Assembly: GCA_964016885.1 (NCBI GenBank)
Contig: CAXHJY010001430.1
Coordinates: forward strand, 1-46,655
Reading direction: 5' to 3'
Source: Eledone cirrhosa
Taxonomy: Eukaryota
Length of the DNA stretch: 46,655 bases
This document shows positions 12,757 to 26,850 of the stretch, in pieces. A program made the position numbers and the translations under genes. Within the stretch, counting starts at the first letter, position 1. Every line of letters starts with the position of its first letter. The notes under the pieces were generated by a model that was given only the letters and a program-made list of their open reading frames with translations, did not search any database and was not told the origin of the DNA.

Positions 12757-12761
<5 letters not shown>
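12581..12761 (-). mobile_element. Short element between (TA)n tracts ending in a GC-rich hairpin (44-bp arms 12659-12702/12718-12761, 15-nt loop)
   Basis: ATAGGAACGAGTAGGACCCCGACGGCTGAGCTCAAGC and its reverse complement; arms begin at CGAAAC; shares GTATTGAGTAC with the 46155-46310 element. Confidence 0.7.
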
Positions 12762-12789
<28 letters not shown>

Positions 12790-12791
<2 letters not shown>

Positions 12792-13333
12792 ATAATAATA
12801 AATTTGAAGACTAAAATCCAAAGAGGGCTCGATAAGGATAAATATATATCAAATATATAAGAACCGTAGAGCAAATATTTATTAAAATAACAGATTAAAG
12901 TTTAAGCAAAGAATCGCTGCTTTCACCCTTAACGGGATCTTCTGAAACTAACAAAGTCAATCTGTAAACGCAGAAGTATATATTTCAAAAAACGTTGCAA
13001 CCGGAGGAAGACAGGAAGACGATACTTTGGTTCGTGGAAACGTTCCCTGGCAAAGAACGGGAAAAAACGAAAATAATACGTCATTAGTTGGAGCGGTGAA
13101 AAACAATTACACGCAAGTGCATACCTATATAATTATAGCTTACCTGTATAATTATAGTATATGATTTCCTATATAAACTCAGATCCCGTTAAGGGTAAAA
13201 GCAGTGATTCTTTGCTTAAACTTAAATCTGTTATTTTAATAAATATTTTGTCTAGGGTTCTTATATATTTGAATATATATTTTTCCTTATCGAGCCCTCT
13301 TTGGATTTAAGTCTTCAAATTTATTATTATTAT
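12790..13333. mobile_element. Foldback element: ~150-bp inverted arms (12790-12940/13181-13333) around a 240-bp spacer
   Basis: AATAATAATAAATTTGAAGACT...AACGGGATCT mirrors AGATCCCGTT...GTCTTCAAATTTATTATTATT. A degenerate CAGAAGA-ccc/ggg-GAAA core lies on the minus strand at 12921-12944. Confidence 0.85.
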
Positions 13334-13396
13334 TGGCAGTACCAGTAATGCACTGGGAAAATTGCTGGTCTTGTGCCTAAAGTAGAAACAATTATT
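13332..13396 (+). mobile_element. Internally deleted mini-copy of the main SINE
   Basis: ATTGGCAGTA head joined directly to the CCAGTAATGCACTGGG...GTAGAAACAATTATT tail through shared AGTA. Confidence 0.8.
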
Positions 13397-13574
13397 ATTG
13401 GCAGTATCGGTAGAGGGTCGGACGCCATACTTTCCAGCATAGTTACGTCCCTTTACGATCTGAGTTCAAATGCTGCCGAGATTGACTTTACCTTTCATCC
13501 TTACGGGGTCGATAAAATAAAGTACCAGTAATGCACTGGGTAATCGCTGGCCTTGTGCCTAAAGTAGAAACAAT

Positions 13575-13578
<4 letters not shown>
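13397..13578 (+). mobile_element. tRNA-derived SINE, main family (~180 bp)
   Basis: A-box-like TGGCAGTATCGG, B-box-like GAGTTCAAATG/C, conserved body CCTTTCATCCTTACGGGGTCGATAAAATAAAGTACCAG; five near-identical copies in the window. Confidence 0.9.
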
Positions 13579-13632
<54 letters not shown>

Positions 13633-13844
13633 GTGTGTGTGGTGTGTGTATAGGAATGTGCGTATATTTTCTTCTATTGCATGTATGGTTTTACCAGAGG
13701 GAGTAAGTAGACCCGCCGTATTGACATACACCGATCGATTCTAGCGCATTTTTAAACATGGCCGAGTCCATCTGCTCTCGAGGTTTGAATACAACAGATT
13801 TCTTCCGGTGAAGGAGAGAAAGAGAGAAAGGAATATAGAGGAAG

Positions 13845-13985
13845 AATCAACCCCAGTACTAGACTGGTACTTTATTTATCTGCCACGAAATGATGAAAGC
13901 CAAAGTTGACCTCGACGGGATTCGAACTCAGACCATATAAACCGGAATCGAATACCGCAAAGCATTCTCTCCGACTTTCTAGCTA
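13845..13985 (-). mobile_element. Diverged SINE of the same superfamily
   Basis: CTGGTACTTTATTT...GATGAAAGCCAAAGTTGACCTCGACGGGATTCGAACTCAG matches the reverse complement of the SINE body and B box. Confidence 0.8.
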
Positions 13986-14122
13986 TTCTACTTTTACTCT
14001 GCATACATATATAATTATAGCATATGCTTGCCTATATAAACGAATTTCCACAATCTGAACATGTTCAGCATGAATGGCTCTCTCCTGTTTATTCTTTACG
14101 CCTCGTATTTCATTAAGTATTG

Positions 14123-14180
<58 letters not shown>

Positions 14181-14181
<1 letters not shown>

Positions 14182-14383
14182 TAATAATAATAAAATTGAA
14201 GACTAAAATCCAAAGAGGGCTCGATGATGACTATATATCAAATATATAAGAACCGTAGAGCAAATATTTATTAAAATAACAGATTAAAGTTTAAGCAAAG
14301 AATCGCTGCTTTCACCATTAACGGGATATCCCGTTAAGGGTGAAAGCAGTGATTCTTTGCTTAAACTTTAATCTGTTATTTTA

Positions 14384-14391
<8 letters not shown>
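14181..14391. mobile_element. Spacer-less copy of the 12790 foldback element (palindrome 14264-14391, 64-bp arms)
   Basis: Same arm sequence as 12790; centre CGGGAT|ATCCCG at 14327/14328; right arm ends in (TA)n. Confidence 0.9.
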
Positions 14392-14444
<53 letters not shown>

Positions 14445-14667
14445 AGTAAATAGTCGAGAATCAGAATCTCGGCCCACGAAATAACGATAAACAAACTTCG
14501 ACATGTGTAGCAGAGGGCTCAATAGTTTGGATGAACCAGAGCTATAACTATCGTTAAAATACCAACACATAAAGACGATGCTTAGAATCACTCGCACAGC
14601 CGAAAAATACGACCAGGAAAATTCGGGTCACGCAAATAAAAAATTAATAAATTAATAAATTAAATGA

Positions 14668-14708
<41 letters not shown>

Positions 14709-14748
14709 TTCAAAATATTAACAAAATAGATATTCTTGTGATCAATTA

Positions 14749-14815
14749 TATTTTATTATACGTATTTCAGCGGTTCTGAGTTAAGTTCTACAGTACGTCC
14801 TCATCAGATAAAATA
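14749..14815 (-). ncRNA. Type I hammerhead ribozyme with canonical core
   Basis: tattttat-CTGATGA-ggacgtactg...-GAAA-tacgta-TA-ataaaata: 8-bp stem I and palindromic TACGTA. Stem II is better preserved (gtactg/cagtac) in the second copy at 15003-15069, which has GAAA changed to TAAA. Confidence 0.7.
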
Positions 14816-15099
14816 AGATGATCATATATTTTGAATTAATATTAATAACTCTGGAAAAATCTTGTTGAGTGCTTCCAATCTATTGTAAAACTCATTCTTT
14901 GATCTATTCATTGAACCTTGTTTAACTTTTAAATATATATATATATATATATATAATATTAATTCAAAATATTAACAAAATAGATATTCTTGTGATCAAT
15001 TATATTTTATTATACATATTTAAGAGGTACTGAGTTAAGTTCAACAGTACGTCCTCATCAGATAAAATAAGATGATCATATATTTTGAATTAATATTAA

Positions 15100-15277
15100 T
15101 TGTTTCTACTTTAGGCACAAGTCCAGCAATTACTCAGTTCATTACTGGTACTTTATTTTATCGACCCCGTAAGGATGAAAGGCAAAGTCAACCGCGGCGG
15201 GATTTGAACTCAGATCGTAAAGGGACGTAACTATGCTGGAAAGCATGACGCCCGACCCTCTACCGATACTGCCAATC
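15100..15277 (-). mobile_element. tRNA-derived SINE, main family
   Basis: Reverse complement of 13397-13578; the empty site is visible in the sister repeat copy (AATATTAATAACTC at ~14838). Confidence 0.92.
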
Positions 15278-15390
15278 GTAATAACTCTAGAAAACCACTG
15301 TTGAGTGCTTCCAATCTATTGTAAAACTCATTCTTTGATCTATTCATTGAACTTTGTTTAACTTTTATATATATATATATATATAGTTAC

Positions 15391-15424
<34 letters not shown>

Positions 15425-15819
15425 CTGTGTGTGTGTGTTCTTGGTTCATCTACGAATCATTCTCTCACTGTCATAGTCAGCCCGTCCATTCCCCTAAGCC
15501 CGGAAATTAAACCTAAACGTATATATATCTACATATTGGCTACTCCCTGAATAATTCATCCTGGTTTATGGTTTTATAAAAACTCATCTGGGAGCATGTT
15601 AGTGAGAATCTGAGAGTAAAAGCGGTGTATTTAGAGCCCTGAGAATCCTAGAGCGGAGAATGTGTATATCTAAAAACCCGAGGATGGAGCGTTATGCTTT
15701 ATTGTTAGGTTTATTACGGCATTCAATTGTCACATTTTTACATTTTACTCCCAATGTAAAGGAAAATATCATTTCTTTTATACTTTTCTTATTGATTTTA
15801 GTTTTTTTAGTTGAAACAA

Positions 15820-15847
15820 ATGTATATATATATATATATATATACAT

Positions 15848-15926
<79 letters not shown>

Positions 15927-16082
15927 CATGAATATATATATACATACATACATATGTGTGTGTGTGTGAATATATATATATACATGAATATATATACATA
16001 TATTTACATATGTATATGAATATCTATACATATATGGAAATGTATATATACATATTTATACATATGAATATATATATATGTA

Positions 16083-16113
<31 letters not shown>

Positions 16114-16190
16114 ATATATATAATTTTATATATATATATATATATAATTATATATATAATTTTATATATATATATATATATAATTATATA

Positions 16191-16222
<32 letters not shown>

Positions 16223-16364
16223 ATTATATATATAATTTTATATATATATATATAAATATATATATATAAATATATATATAATTTTTATAAATATATATAT
16301 ATATATATATATAGATAGATCTATAGAAACCCCACAAATATATATATATATATAATTATATATA

Positions 16365-16411
<47 letters not shown>

Positions 16412-16463
16412 TATAAATATATATATATATATACAGATAGATAGCTCTATAGAAACCCAACAC

Positions 16464-16520
<57 letters not shown>
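15820..16520. repeat. (TG)n/(TA)n compound microsatellite
   Basis: Direct reading. Confidence 0.9.
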
Positions 16521-16522
<2 letters not shown>

Positions 16523-17004
16523 TGTTTGTTTGCTCAGTTTAATATTAATATATGTATTTATACATATCGACATTTCAAGTTTTATTTCATCTTATATCAC
16601 ATTTTATTGTCGATTATTTTCCTCTTTTCTTCTTCGTTCAATGAAATATGGAATATTAGGAGAAGAAACAAACGAATTGACATGTAAACATAAGAAGATA
16701 AAGAGAATATAAAGTATTATTGAATAGTAAATATAGAGCAAGGAACATTACATAGATTACAACACATGTAAATCTAAGAATCAACAGAATCTTGCAACTG
16801 AAACATAAATAATATTGTCATATAAAAGAGAAAAAAAATGAAAATTATCCGAACTCTCCCATATCAACCCATTATATTTTCATGCAAATATTTTATAACG
16901 CAGCCCTGCTCTCTAATTCTCTTGTCTTACCCGCCTTTCTACATATCTCTCCGCCTTTACTCTTATCTCTACTGTTATTGTCTTTTATTATCTCTATTTC
17001 CCTG

Positions 17005-17195
17005 GCGGGGGATTGGCAGTATCGGTGGAGGGTCGGACGCCATGCTTTGACGCATAGAGTAACGGCCCTTGCCATTCTGAGTTCAAATCCCGCCGAGGTT
17101 AACTTTGCCTTTAATCCTTACGGGGGTCGATAAAATAAAGTACCAGTAATACACTGGGTAATTGCTGGCCTTGTGCCTAAAGTAGAAACAATTAT
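17005..17195 (+). mobile_element. tRNA-derived SINE, main family variant
   Basis: GGATTGGCAGTATCGG...GAGTTCAAATCCCGCCGAGG...GTAGAAACAATTAT. Confidence 0.92.
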
Positions 17196-17680
17196 CTCTC
17201 TCTCTCTTTCTCTCTCTCTCTCTTTCTCGTTCCCTGTCTCTATCGCTCTCTCTCTCTATATATATATATATCTTTCTAGCTCTATCTCTCTCTTTCTCGC
17301 TCTCTCTATCTCTCGCTTTCTCTCCCTCTCTCTCTCTATTTCACTTTCTCTCCCTCTCTCTCTCTCTCTCTTTCTCTCTTTCCACTCTCGCTCTCCCTTC
17401 CCCTTCTTTCTTTCTATATATCTTCCTCCTCTCTTTCTCTCTCTCTATATATATCTCTTTCTCCCTCGTTCCTCTTTCCTTTTCCGTCTCTCTTACGCTC
17501 GCTTTCTTTCTCTTTCTTTTTTCTCCCTCTCTACACCCCTCTCTCTCTTATTCTACCTATTTCTCTCTCTCTCTTATTCTCCCTCTCTCTCTCCCCCTTC
17601 TCTATATTTCTCTCTATTTCCCCCTGTCTATCACTATCTTTCTCTATATATCTCCCACTCACGCACTCTTTCTCACACCA
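17196..17680. repeat. Degenerate (CT)n polypyrimidine tract
   Basis: Direct reading; starts at the SINE tail. Confidence 0.9.
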
Positions 17681-17954
17681 TTCCTGACCTAAGTCTAAAC
17701 CATTGCTTATATTCCAACAGAGACAACAAACAACAATAAACAACAACAAACCCAGGGACTGAGATATAAAAACCTGAACAAAAAAAACTGAAAATAAATA
17801 ACACTAATAGTAAATGAAAGAAACAAGTTTGCAACCGAAAGCTGGTTGATTGCAGGAGTGATGCCATATATGGGAATATGGTTCATAAATCTTACTTTTA
17901 TAGATTAGATTACAGCTTATCATAAAAGTACATATACATACATACATACATACA

Positions 17955-17985
<31 letters not shown>

Positions 17986-18661
17986 GCTTTACGAAATAAG
18001 ATGGGTAAAAAAAATATATATATAAATAAACAAAATTATATATATATATATATATATAGGCGTGTGTCTAAATAAATGTATAGATAAATTGTAATGGGTG
18101 TATATCGTTTACTCAGCTTCAAAAGCATCGGCGGTGCGAAAAAAACCCGAAGAATGCCAATTTCCACCGTTTTCTCTATTGCACTACAGAGTTTAAGAAC
18201 GCGGGGGAAACCGAAAAACAAAAAGAAAACATAAAATAAAACGAAACGAAACTGAAAAAACGAACGAAAGAAGCAGGAAAAAAAATCCGTAACGAAAATA
18301 TACAAAATAATTAAAAAAACACAAAACAGAAATGATAAATGCAGAACCGAAATACGAAAAATGGTGAATACCTAAAAAATTAGACAAGAAGCGGTAAACG
18401 TGACCAAAAAAATACGGAAAACGAACTATTAAACGCTCTACTTAAAATTAACGTCTTTCTGGGCGCTAGATCAAACAAAATGGAGGCCGTGACGGTCGGA
18501 AAGGGGTGCTATTATTTCCCTACGATGTGTAATAGATGTGTAGGTATATAACCTCACACCTGCCACCTCCATCAACCAGCCAGCTATTAAACCAGCCAAC
18601 CAAACAACCACCGCGTCCTTCTGTACGGCGAGATCATACACGAACCAACCACGGGAATCTT

Positions 18662-18758
<97 letters not shown>

Positions 18759-18917
18759 AGGAAATACGTGTGTCTGAGTTTGTGTGTGTTATAAATATTC
18801 ATTTATTTACCACTGTCATGTTAACTAAATCTTAACCCGTTGTGAATATTAGCAAAATATGCATGATTATTTGTTTATGTTTGTATTTGTGAAAAACATA
18901 TATATATAAACACACAC

Positions 18918-18964
<47 letters not shown>

Positions 18965-19371
18965 TCCATTTTTGCGCGCACATGTGTATGTGTTTAAATG
19001 TAAACACTTGATATTGCTTCAGTTTTTGGGGGTTTTTTTTCTTTTACACAAACAAATATATTTACTATTTACGAAGAGAAATGTAAACGAGAAATTCTCT
19101 GGGCGCCGTCATTCGAACAACATTGGAACAGGGAAAATATACACACGGAAAATAAGAGAAACACAACAGAGGAAACCGACCTGCTCAATCGGAAGAAAAC
19201 AAACATTATTCAATCTGGGTGATTTGAAACGGTTGATTGAGAACAAATTTCGATATTGCATCAGCAAACTTCTAAATATCCGTGTACTTTCTTGTCAAAT
19301 ATGCTCCCAGAGTCAGTTGCGTTGCATCGTCAACGATTTCGTTGAAAACAATCCTCGTGGGAAAGAAAATA

Positions 19372-19792
19372 TTTTAAAAGCAAACTGGAATAGAGTTCGT
19401 GGTAATTGTTGGTGGGAGAAGAAAACAGGAAAGGTAGGTGGATATAATGGCTCCTGTTTTAAAAGCAAACTGGAATAGAATTCGTGGTAATTGTTGGTGG
19501 GAGAAGAAAACAGGAAAGACGGTGGATATAATGGCTCCTGTTTTAAAAGCAAACTGGAATAGAGTTCGTGGTAATTGTTGGTGGGAGAAGAAAACAGGAA
19601 AGACGGTGGATATAATGGCTCCTGTTTTAAAAGCAAACTGGAATAGAGTTCGTGGTAATTGTTGGTGGGAGAAGAAAACAGGAAAGGTAGGTGGATATAA
19701 TGGCTCCTGTTTTAAAAGCAAACTGGAATAGAATTCATGGTAATTGTTGGTGGGAGAAGAAAACAGGAAAGAAGGTGGATATAATGGCTCCT
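19372..19792. repeat. 84/85-bp tandem repeat, 5 copies
   Basis: AAAAGCAAACTGG recurs at 19376, 19461, 19545, 19629 and 19714. Confidence 0.95.
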
Positions 19793-19794
19793 GG

Positions 19795-20290
19795 TTTAGA
19801 CACAAGACCTACAATTTTGGGAGAGGGAAAGGTCGATTAAATAAGTTAATTACTGGTACTTCATTTTATCAACCCCGTAAGGAGGAAAGGGATGGTAATG
19901 ATAATGGTTTCTTATATAGGCACAAGGCCAGCAATTTTGGGCGCAGGGAAAGTCGATTAAATCGACCCCAGAACGTGACCGGTACTTTATTTTATCGACC
20001 CCGTAAGTGTGAAAGGCAAAGCTAACCTCGGTGGGATTTATCTTAGAACGTAAAGGGTTGTAACTCTGTGCCGCAAAGCATGCTGTCCTTCGCTCTGCCG
20101 CTACTGCCAATCATGTTTTTTTTTATTAAGACACAAGGGCAACAATTTTGGAGAGGGGAAAGTCGATTAAATCGACACCAGTATGTTACTGGTACCTTAT
20201 TCTATCAACACTCTAAGGATGAAAGCACAGCTAATCTCTGCGAGATTTGACCTCAGAGTATAAAGGGATGTAACTATATACCACCAATCG
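19795..20290 (-). mobile_element. Cluster of three older SINE copies/fragments (~19795-19890, 19917-20112, 20128-20290)
   Basis: Each starts with (G/A)CACAAG..CAATTTTGG..GGGAAAGTCGATTAAAT..GGTAC, the longer-tailed subfamily of the same SINE. Confidence 0.85.
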
Positions 20291-20619
20291 ATATATTTTC
20301 ACTTTACTGACCACTAGCCACCGATTTCTCTCCTTTTCCCCGACTTAAATGCTGCCATTGTCAACATTTTGATGTTTCCACAGTTAGACTCGCCTTCAAT
20401 TTTACAATGGTTTCTATCAAGTTCAAATACACTCACGTTTCGTCTCGATTTTTGTAACAAGAATATTTATTTATTTACAAATGTTAGGTATGACAGATCA
20501 TCAGGAGAGCATATATTTGAATGTGACGGATGAGTTAGTAAATCTCATCACGGATTTGTTTATATTTATTAATATTTTATTACTTTTAATATTCTTATTA
20601 CTTAGTATTTAACATCTGG

Positions 20620-20760
20620 TAATGGCAGTCGTTAGAACATTGGGGAACAATTTTATGGTATTTGTTCTGACTCCGTGATCTGAGTTTAAATCCCGACGAG
20701 GTTAACTTTGTTTTTCAGATTCGATTAAAAAAAAAAGTACCAGTCTGGCACTGGGGTAGC
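20620..20760 (+). mobile_element. Old diverged SINE
   Basis: TGGCAGTCGTTAGA...TCTGAGTTTAAATCCCGACGAGGTTAACTTTG...AAGTACCAGT. Confidence 0.7.
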
Positions 20761-20761
20761 T

Positions 20762-20851
<90 letters not shown>

Positions 20852-21204
20852 AATACAATTAGAAGCTTTCACTGTCAATTGACTATACCAATCAGAGCGG
20901 AGATTCAGCAAGTCTCACACGCCGTCCCCCGGGGCAATGTATTCTCAACCCTGTCGACCGGGACCCAGAAGCGGAGGTTAAGTTAGTTGGTGGTGGAGGA
21001 TACTCGGTCGGACGTCACTTTTCCAACTAAAGTATATTTACATTTATGCAACTGAACCTCAGGGCAAATGTACACCGTAACGGAATAAATGAAATTTAGT
21101 GGACCTGGAATCGAACCCACACTTCTTATTTTCGCAATAAGTATGCTAACTGATTCCAACAACAACACACACTTGTATTATATTTTGATGGTATGCTATG
21201 GACC

Positions 21205-22087
21205 TGTAACTCTGATTCACAAAAGAGATAGGGATGCAGGCAAAACACCTAGATGTGATAACAAGTGCAGACTCTGCAGAATTAACATCGAGGATATCAC
21301 CCATGTCATCAGCAGCTGTCCAAAGATGTCATCGTGGTACTATCTACCTATGAGGCATGATGTAGTGGCCAAAACACTGTACAATGCAGTCCGTAAAAAA
21401 AGATAGCCAGGATAATAAACACATTAAAAGTTACAGCAATGTGGGACACATCGACGAACATAATATGAAAGAGTACTGGTGGAATGTTCCAGTAAAAACC
21501 CCAATAAAATGCAGGCATAACAGACCAGATATTATGATATGGGACAGGGAGAAGAAAGCATGCACAGTAGTGGAAATTAGCTGCCCAGCAGATGCCAATA
21601 TAATATCAAAGATTAGCGAAAAGAAGAATATTTATGCAGAACAGAAGAGAAATCTGCAGATACTCCACCCTGATTACACCTTCAGATTTATGCCTGTGAT
21701 TATTGGGGCACTGGGGTATGTTAGTAACTGCCTCAATACAAATCTTGAGAAGCTAGGCTTCACAGGAACAGAAAGAACACAACAGTTATGAAATTACGAG
21801 TACAATCCGTTAATGGAACAGTAAAAATATGTAAAATATTCCAAAAATGTTGCATCTAATAACTGCATATACACATGCACAGATACAAATCTTATACACA
21901 TGCACACGTAGAACTCAAAACATAACACATCCACACATACAATAACATCCATATCTACACATGCATGCATACATAATCTACCTAGTTGATGTTGTGTAAA
22001 TTTCAATGAGAGAGTCTTGTGTCTATGTTAGAAACCGATTCTCTCTCTATTGGGAAAAAATTTGTGAAATTATAAAACCAGAAGAAC
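21205..22087 (+). mobile_element. 5'-truncated non-LTR retrotransposon with restriction-like endonuclease (R4/Dong-type), frameshifted, with 3' UTR ending in (CATA)n
   Basis: ORF 21089-21406: CRLC-x7-H-x4-C knuckle and RHD. ORF 21384-21791: RPDIMIWD...VVEISCP...K..Y...PVIIGALG (PD..D/E-xK-type RLE). Frameshift in the A run near 21400. Confidence 0.88.
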
Positions 22088-22624
22088 ATACATACATATA
22101 TATACATTCTGCATAGATCAAAATGGCGTAATATTTAGCATTAGGTGTTCCGTCTTCGTTCGCCTCGACATCCGTATGAAAAGGCAGGTACAACATGCAT
22201 TTAAAATTAGAAGCTTTTTAAAATAACGATACACCATGCTGTGTGATATCTTGTGATCATTGGATGTAACGTATGGCTTGTTTTTGCTATATGCGTTGGG
22301 GACTATGGACGCCGGGAATGTTAGCCCATATAGAAAAAGAGAAACATCTTCGTTATCTTAATATGTAAAGATGCTGTGTTTAATAATACACGTCCATGCT
22401 TATTAAAAATGAATGTGTAAAAGCGAAGAAACAGATCTATTATATTCAGATTTCTATTTGTAAAAGTCTAAATTAGCTATATTTGATACGAGATTATTTG
22501 TAAACGAACAGCTAGTATCACTCTGTGAGTTGTTGTCTCGACTAGAAGAAGAAAATGAGATATAATTCTGTAAGAGCAACGGGCTAACTTATTTTATTTG
22601 ATATGTGATCTTTATATCCACACA

Positions 22625-25097
<2,473 letters not shown>

Positions 25098-25135
25098 GAA
25101 ATATAAGAATCAAAGAACTGTTCAAAACATTATTG

Positions 25136-25182
25136 TGCTTACAGCTGTTTCCTCCAAACCGAGGTTTGGATTCTTCGGAGCA
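25136..25182 (-). ncRNA. Hammerhead-like motif (mirror of 25681-25727)
   Basis: Exact reverse complement of the + strand motif. Confidence 0.65.
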
Positions 25183-25680
25183 ATTTATTAATGCATGGAC
25201 AGTTGTATGACCTCCTTTTCAGCCGAGAGACATACCAATACATATTCAAACATTGATACATATTCAAACATTGTGGGTCAACATTCATTACAGAATTTAG
25301 AGTGGCAGTACACACTTCGAGATTCCATTTATATTAATAGGTACAATCAAAAATCAAAGATATAGGTTAAAGTACAACATGAAGATAAGTGGTTATATAG
25401 TGCAAATGTTATATAGTGGTTATATAGTGCAAATGTTGCGTGCCACACATATAACATTTGCACTATATAACCACTTATCTTCATGTTGTACTTTAACCTA
25501 TATCTTTGATTTTTGATTGTACCTATTAATATAAATGTAATCTCGAAGTGTGTACTGCCACTCTAAATTCTGTAATGAATGTTGACCCACAATGTTTGAA
25601 TATGTATCAATGTTTGAATATGTATTGGTATGTCTCTCGGCTGAAAAGGAGGTCATATAACTGTCCATGCATTAATAAAT

Positions 25681-25727
25681 TGCTCCGAAGAATCCAAACC
25701 TCGGTTTGGAGGAAACAGCTGTAAGCA
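25681..25727 (+). ncRNA. Type I hammerhead-like ribozyme, CCGAAGA core variant
   Basis: tgct-CCGAAGA-a-tccaaacc(tc)ggtttgga-g-GAAA-cagctg-TA-agca: 4-bp stem I, 7-8-bp stem II, palindromic CAGCTG, GUA triplet. Confidence 0.68.
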
Positions 25728-25758
25728 CAATAATGTTTTGAACAGTTCTTTGATTCTT

Positions 25759-25789
<31 letters not shown>

Positions 25790-25793
25790 GTAC

Positions 25794-25855
<62 letters not shown>

Positions 25856-25906
25856 GTGTATATATATATTTATATATATGTGTATATATATATATGCAAT
25901 AATATA

Positions 25907-26164
25907 TGCAGTGCCTTTGCTCACTATAAAAGCTTCACGGCACAGGCATTGCTTTATATCTGGAGATCTCTCTGCACTTGTCGTCACATGGTACCATGGG
26001 CCCAGCACTATGTGTCAGTAATTGTCACAAGTGTAGTGTTTGTACCAGAGTTTTCAAGTCGCTGGCTGGACTAAAAAGTCACACTCGTTCAGCGCATCGG
26101 TAGGGGTTCTCCTACATGGATATAAAGTAGTGGCCGTACTCGAAAACGAGTTGGCAGCCACCAT
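25907..26164 (+). mobile_element. Non-autonomous RTE-derived element, copy 1 (5'-truncated)
   Basis: Encodes [22 protein letters not shown] (RTE C-terminal C2H2-like motif); 3' hairpin CTCGAAAACGAG; (TA/TATG)n tail. Confidence 0.8.

Positions 26165-26850
<686 letters not shown>

Larger units (their letters stand above)
14702..15366 (-). mobile_element. Two tandem direct copies (~230 bp; 14702-14930 and 14955-15366) of a hammerhead-bearing element separated by (TA)n; copy 2 is interrupted by a SINE
   Basis: Direct alignment of the two copies; each has a ~17-bp inverted repeat ATATTAATTCAAAATAT/ATATTTTGAATTAATAT around the ribozyme. Confidence 0.85.
25098..25765. repeat. 668-bp inverted repeat (317-bp arms, 34-bp spacer, 2 mismatches seen) embedded in (TA)n, with a hammerhead motif in each arm
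   Basis: GAAATATAAGAATCAAAG... mirrors ...CTTTGATTCTTATATTTC; arms 25098-25414 and 25449-25765. Confidence 0.95.

Noticed and set aside
19313-19805. ORFs of 97-143 aa with repeated peptides
   Set aside because: Products of the 84/85-bp tandem repeat; the 85-bp units shift the frame.
21095-21160. tRNA-like sequence on the minus strand (GGTTCGATTCCAGGTCC)
   Set aside because: Only a B-box/T-arm remnant; likely a decayed SINE head.
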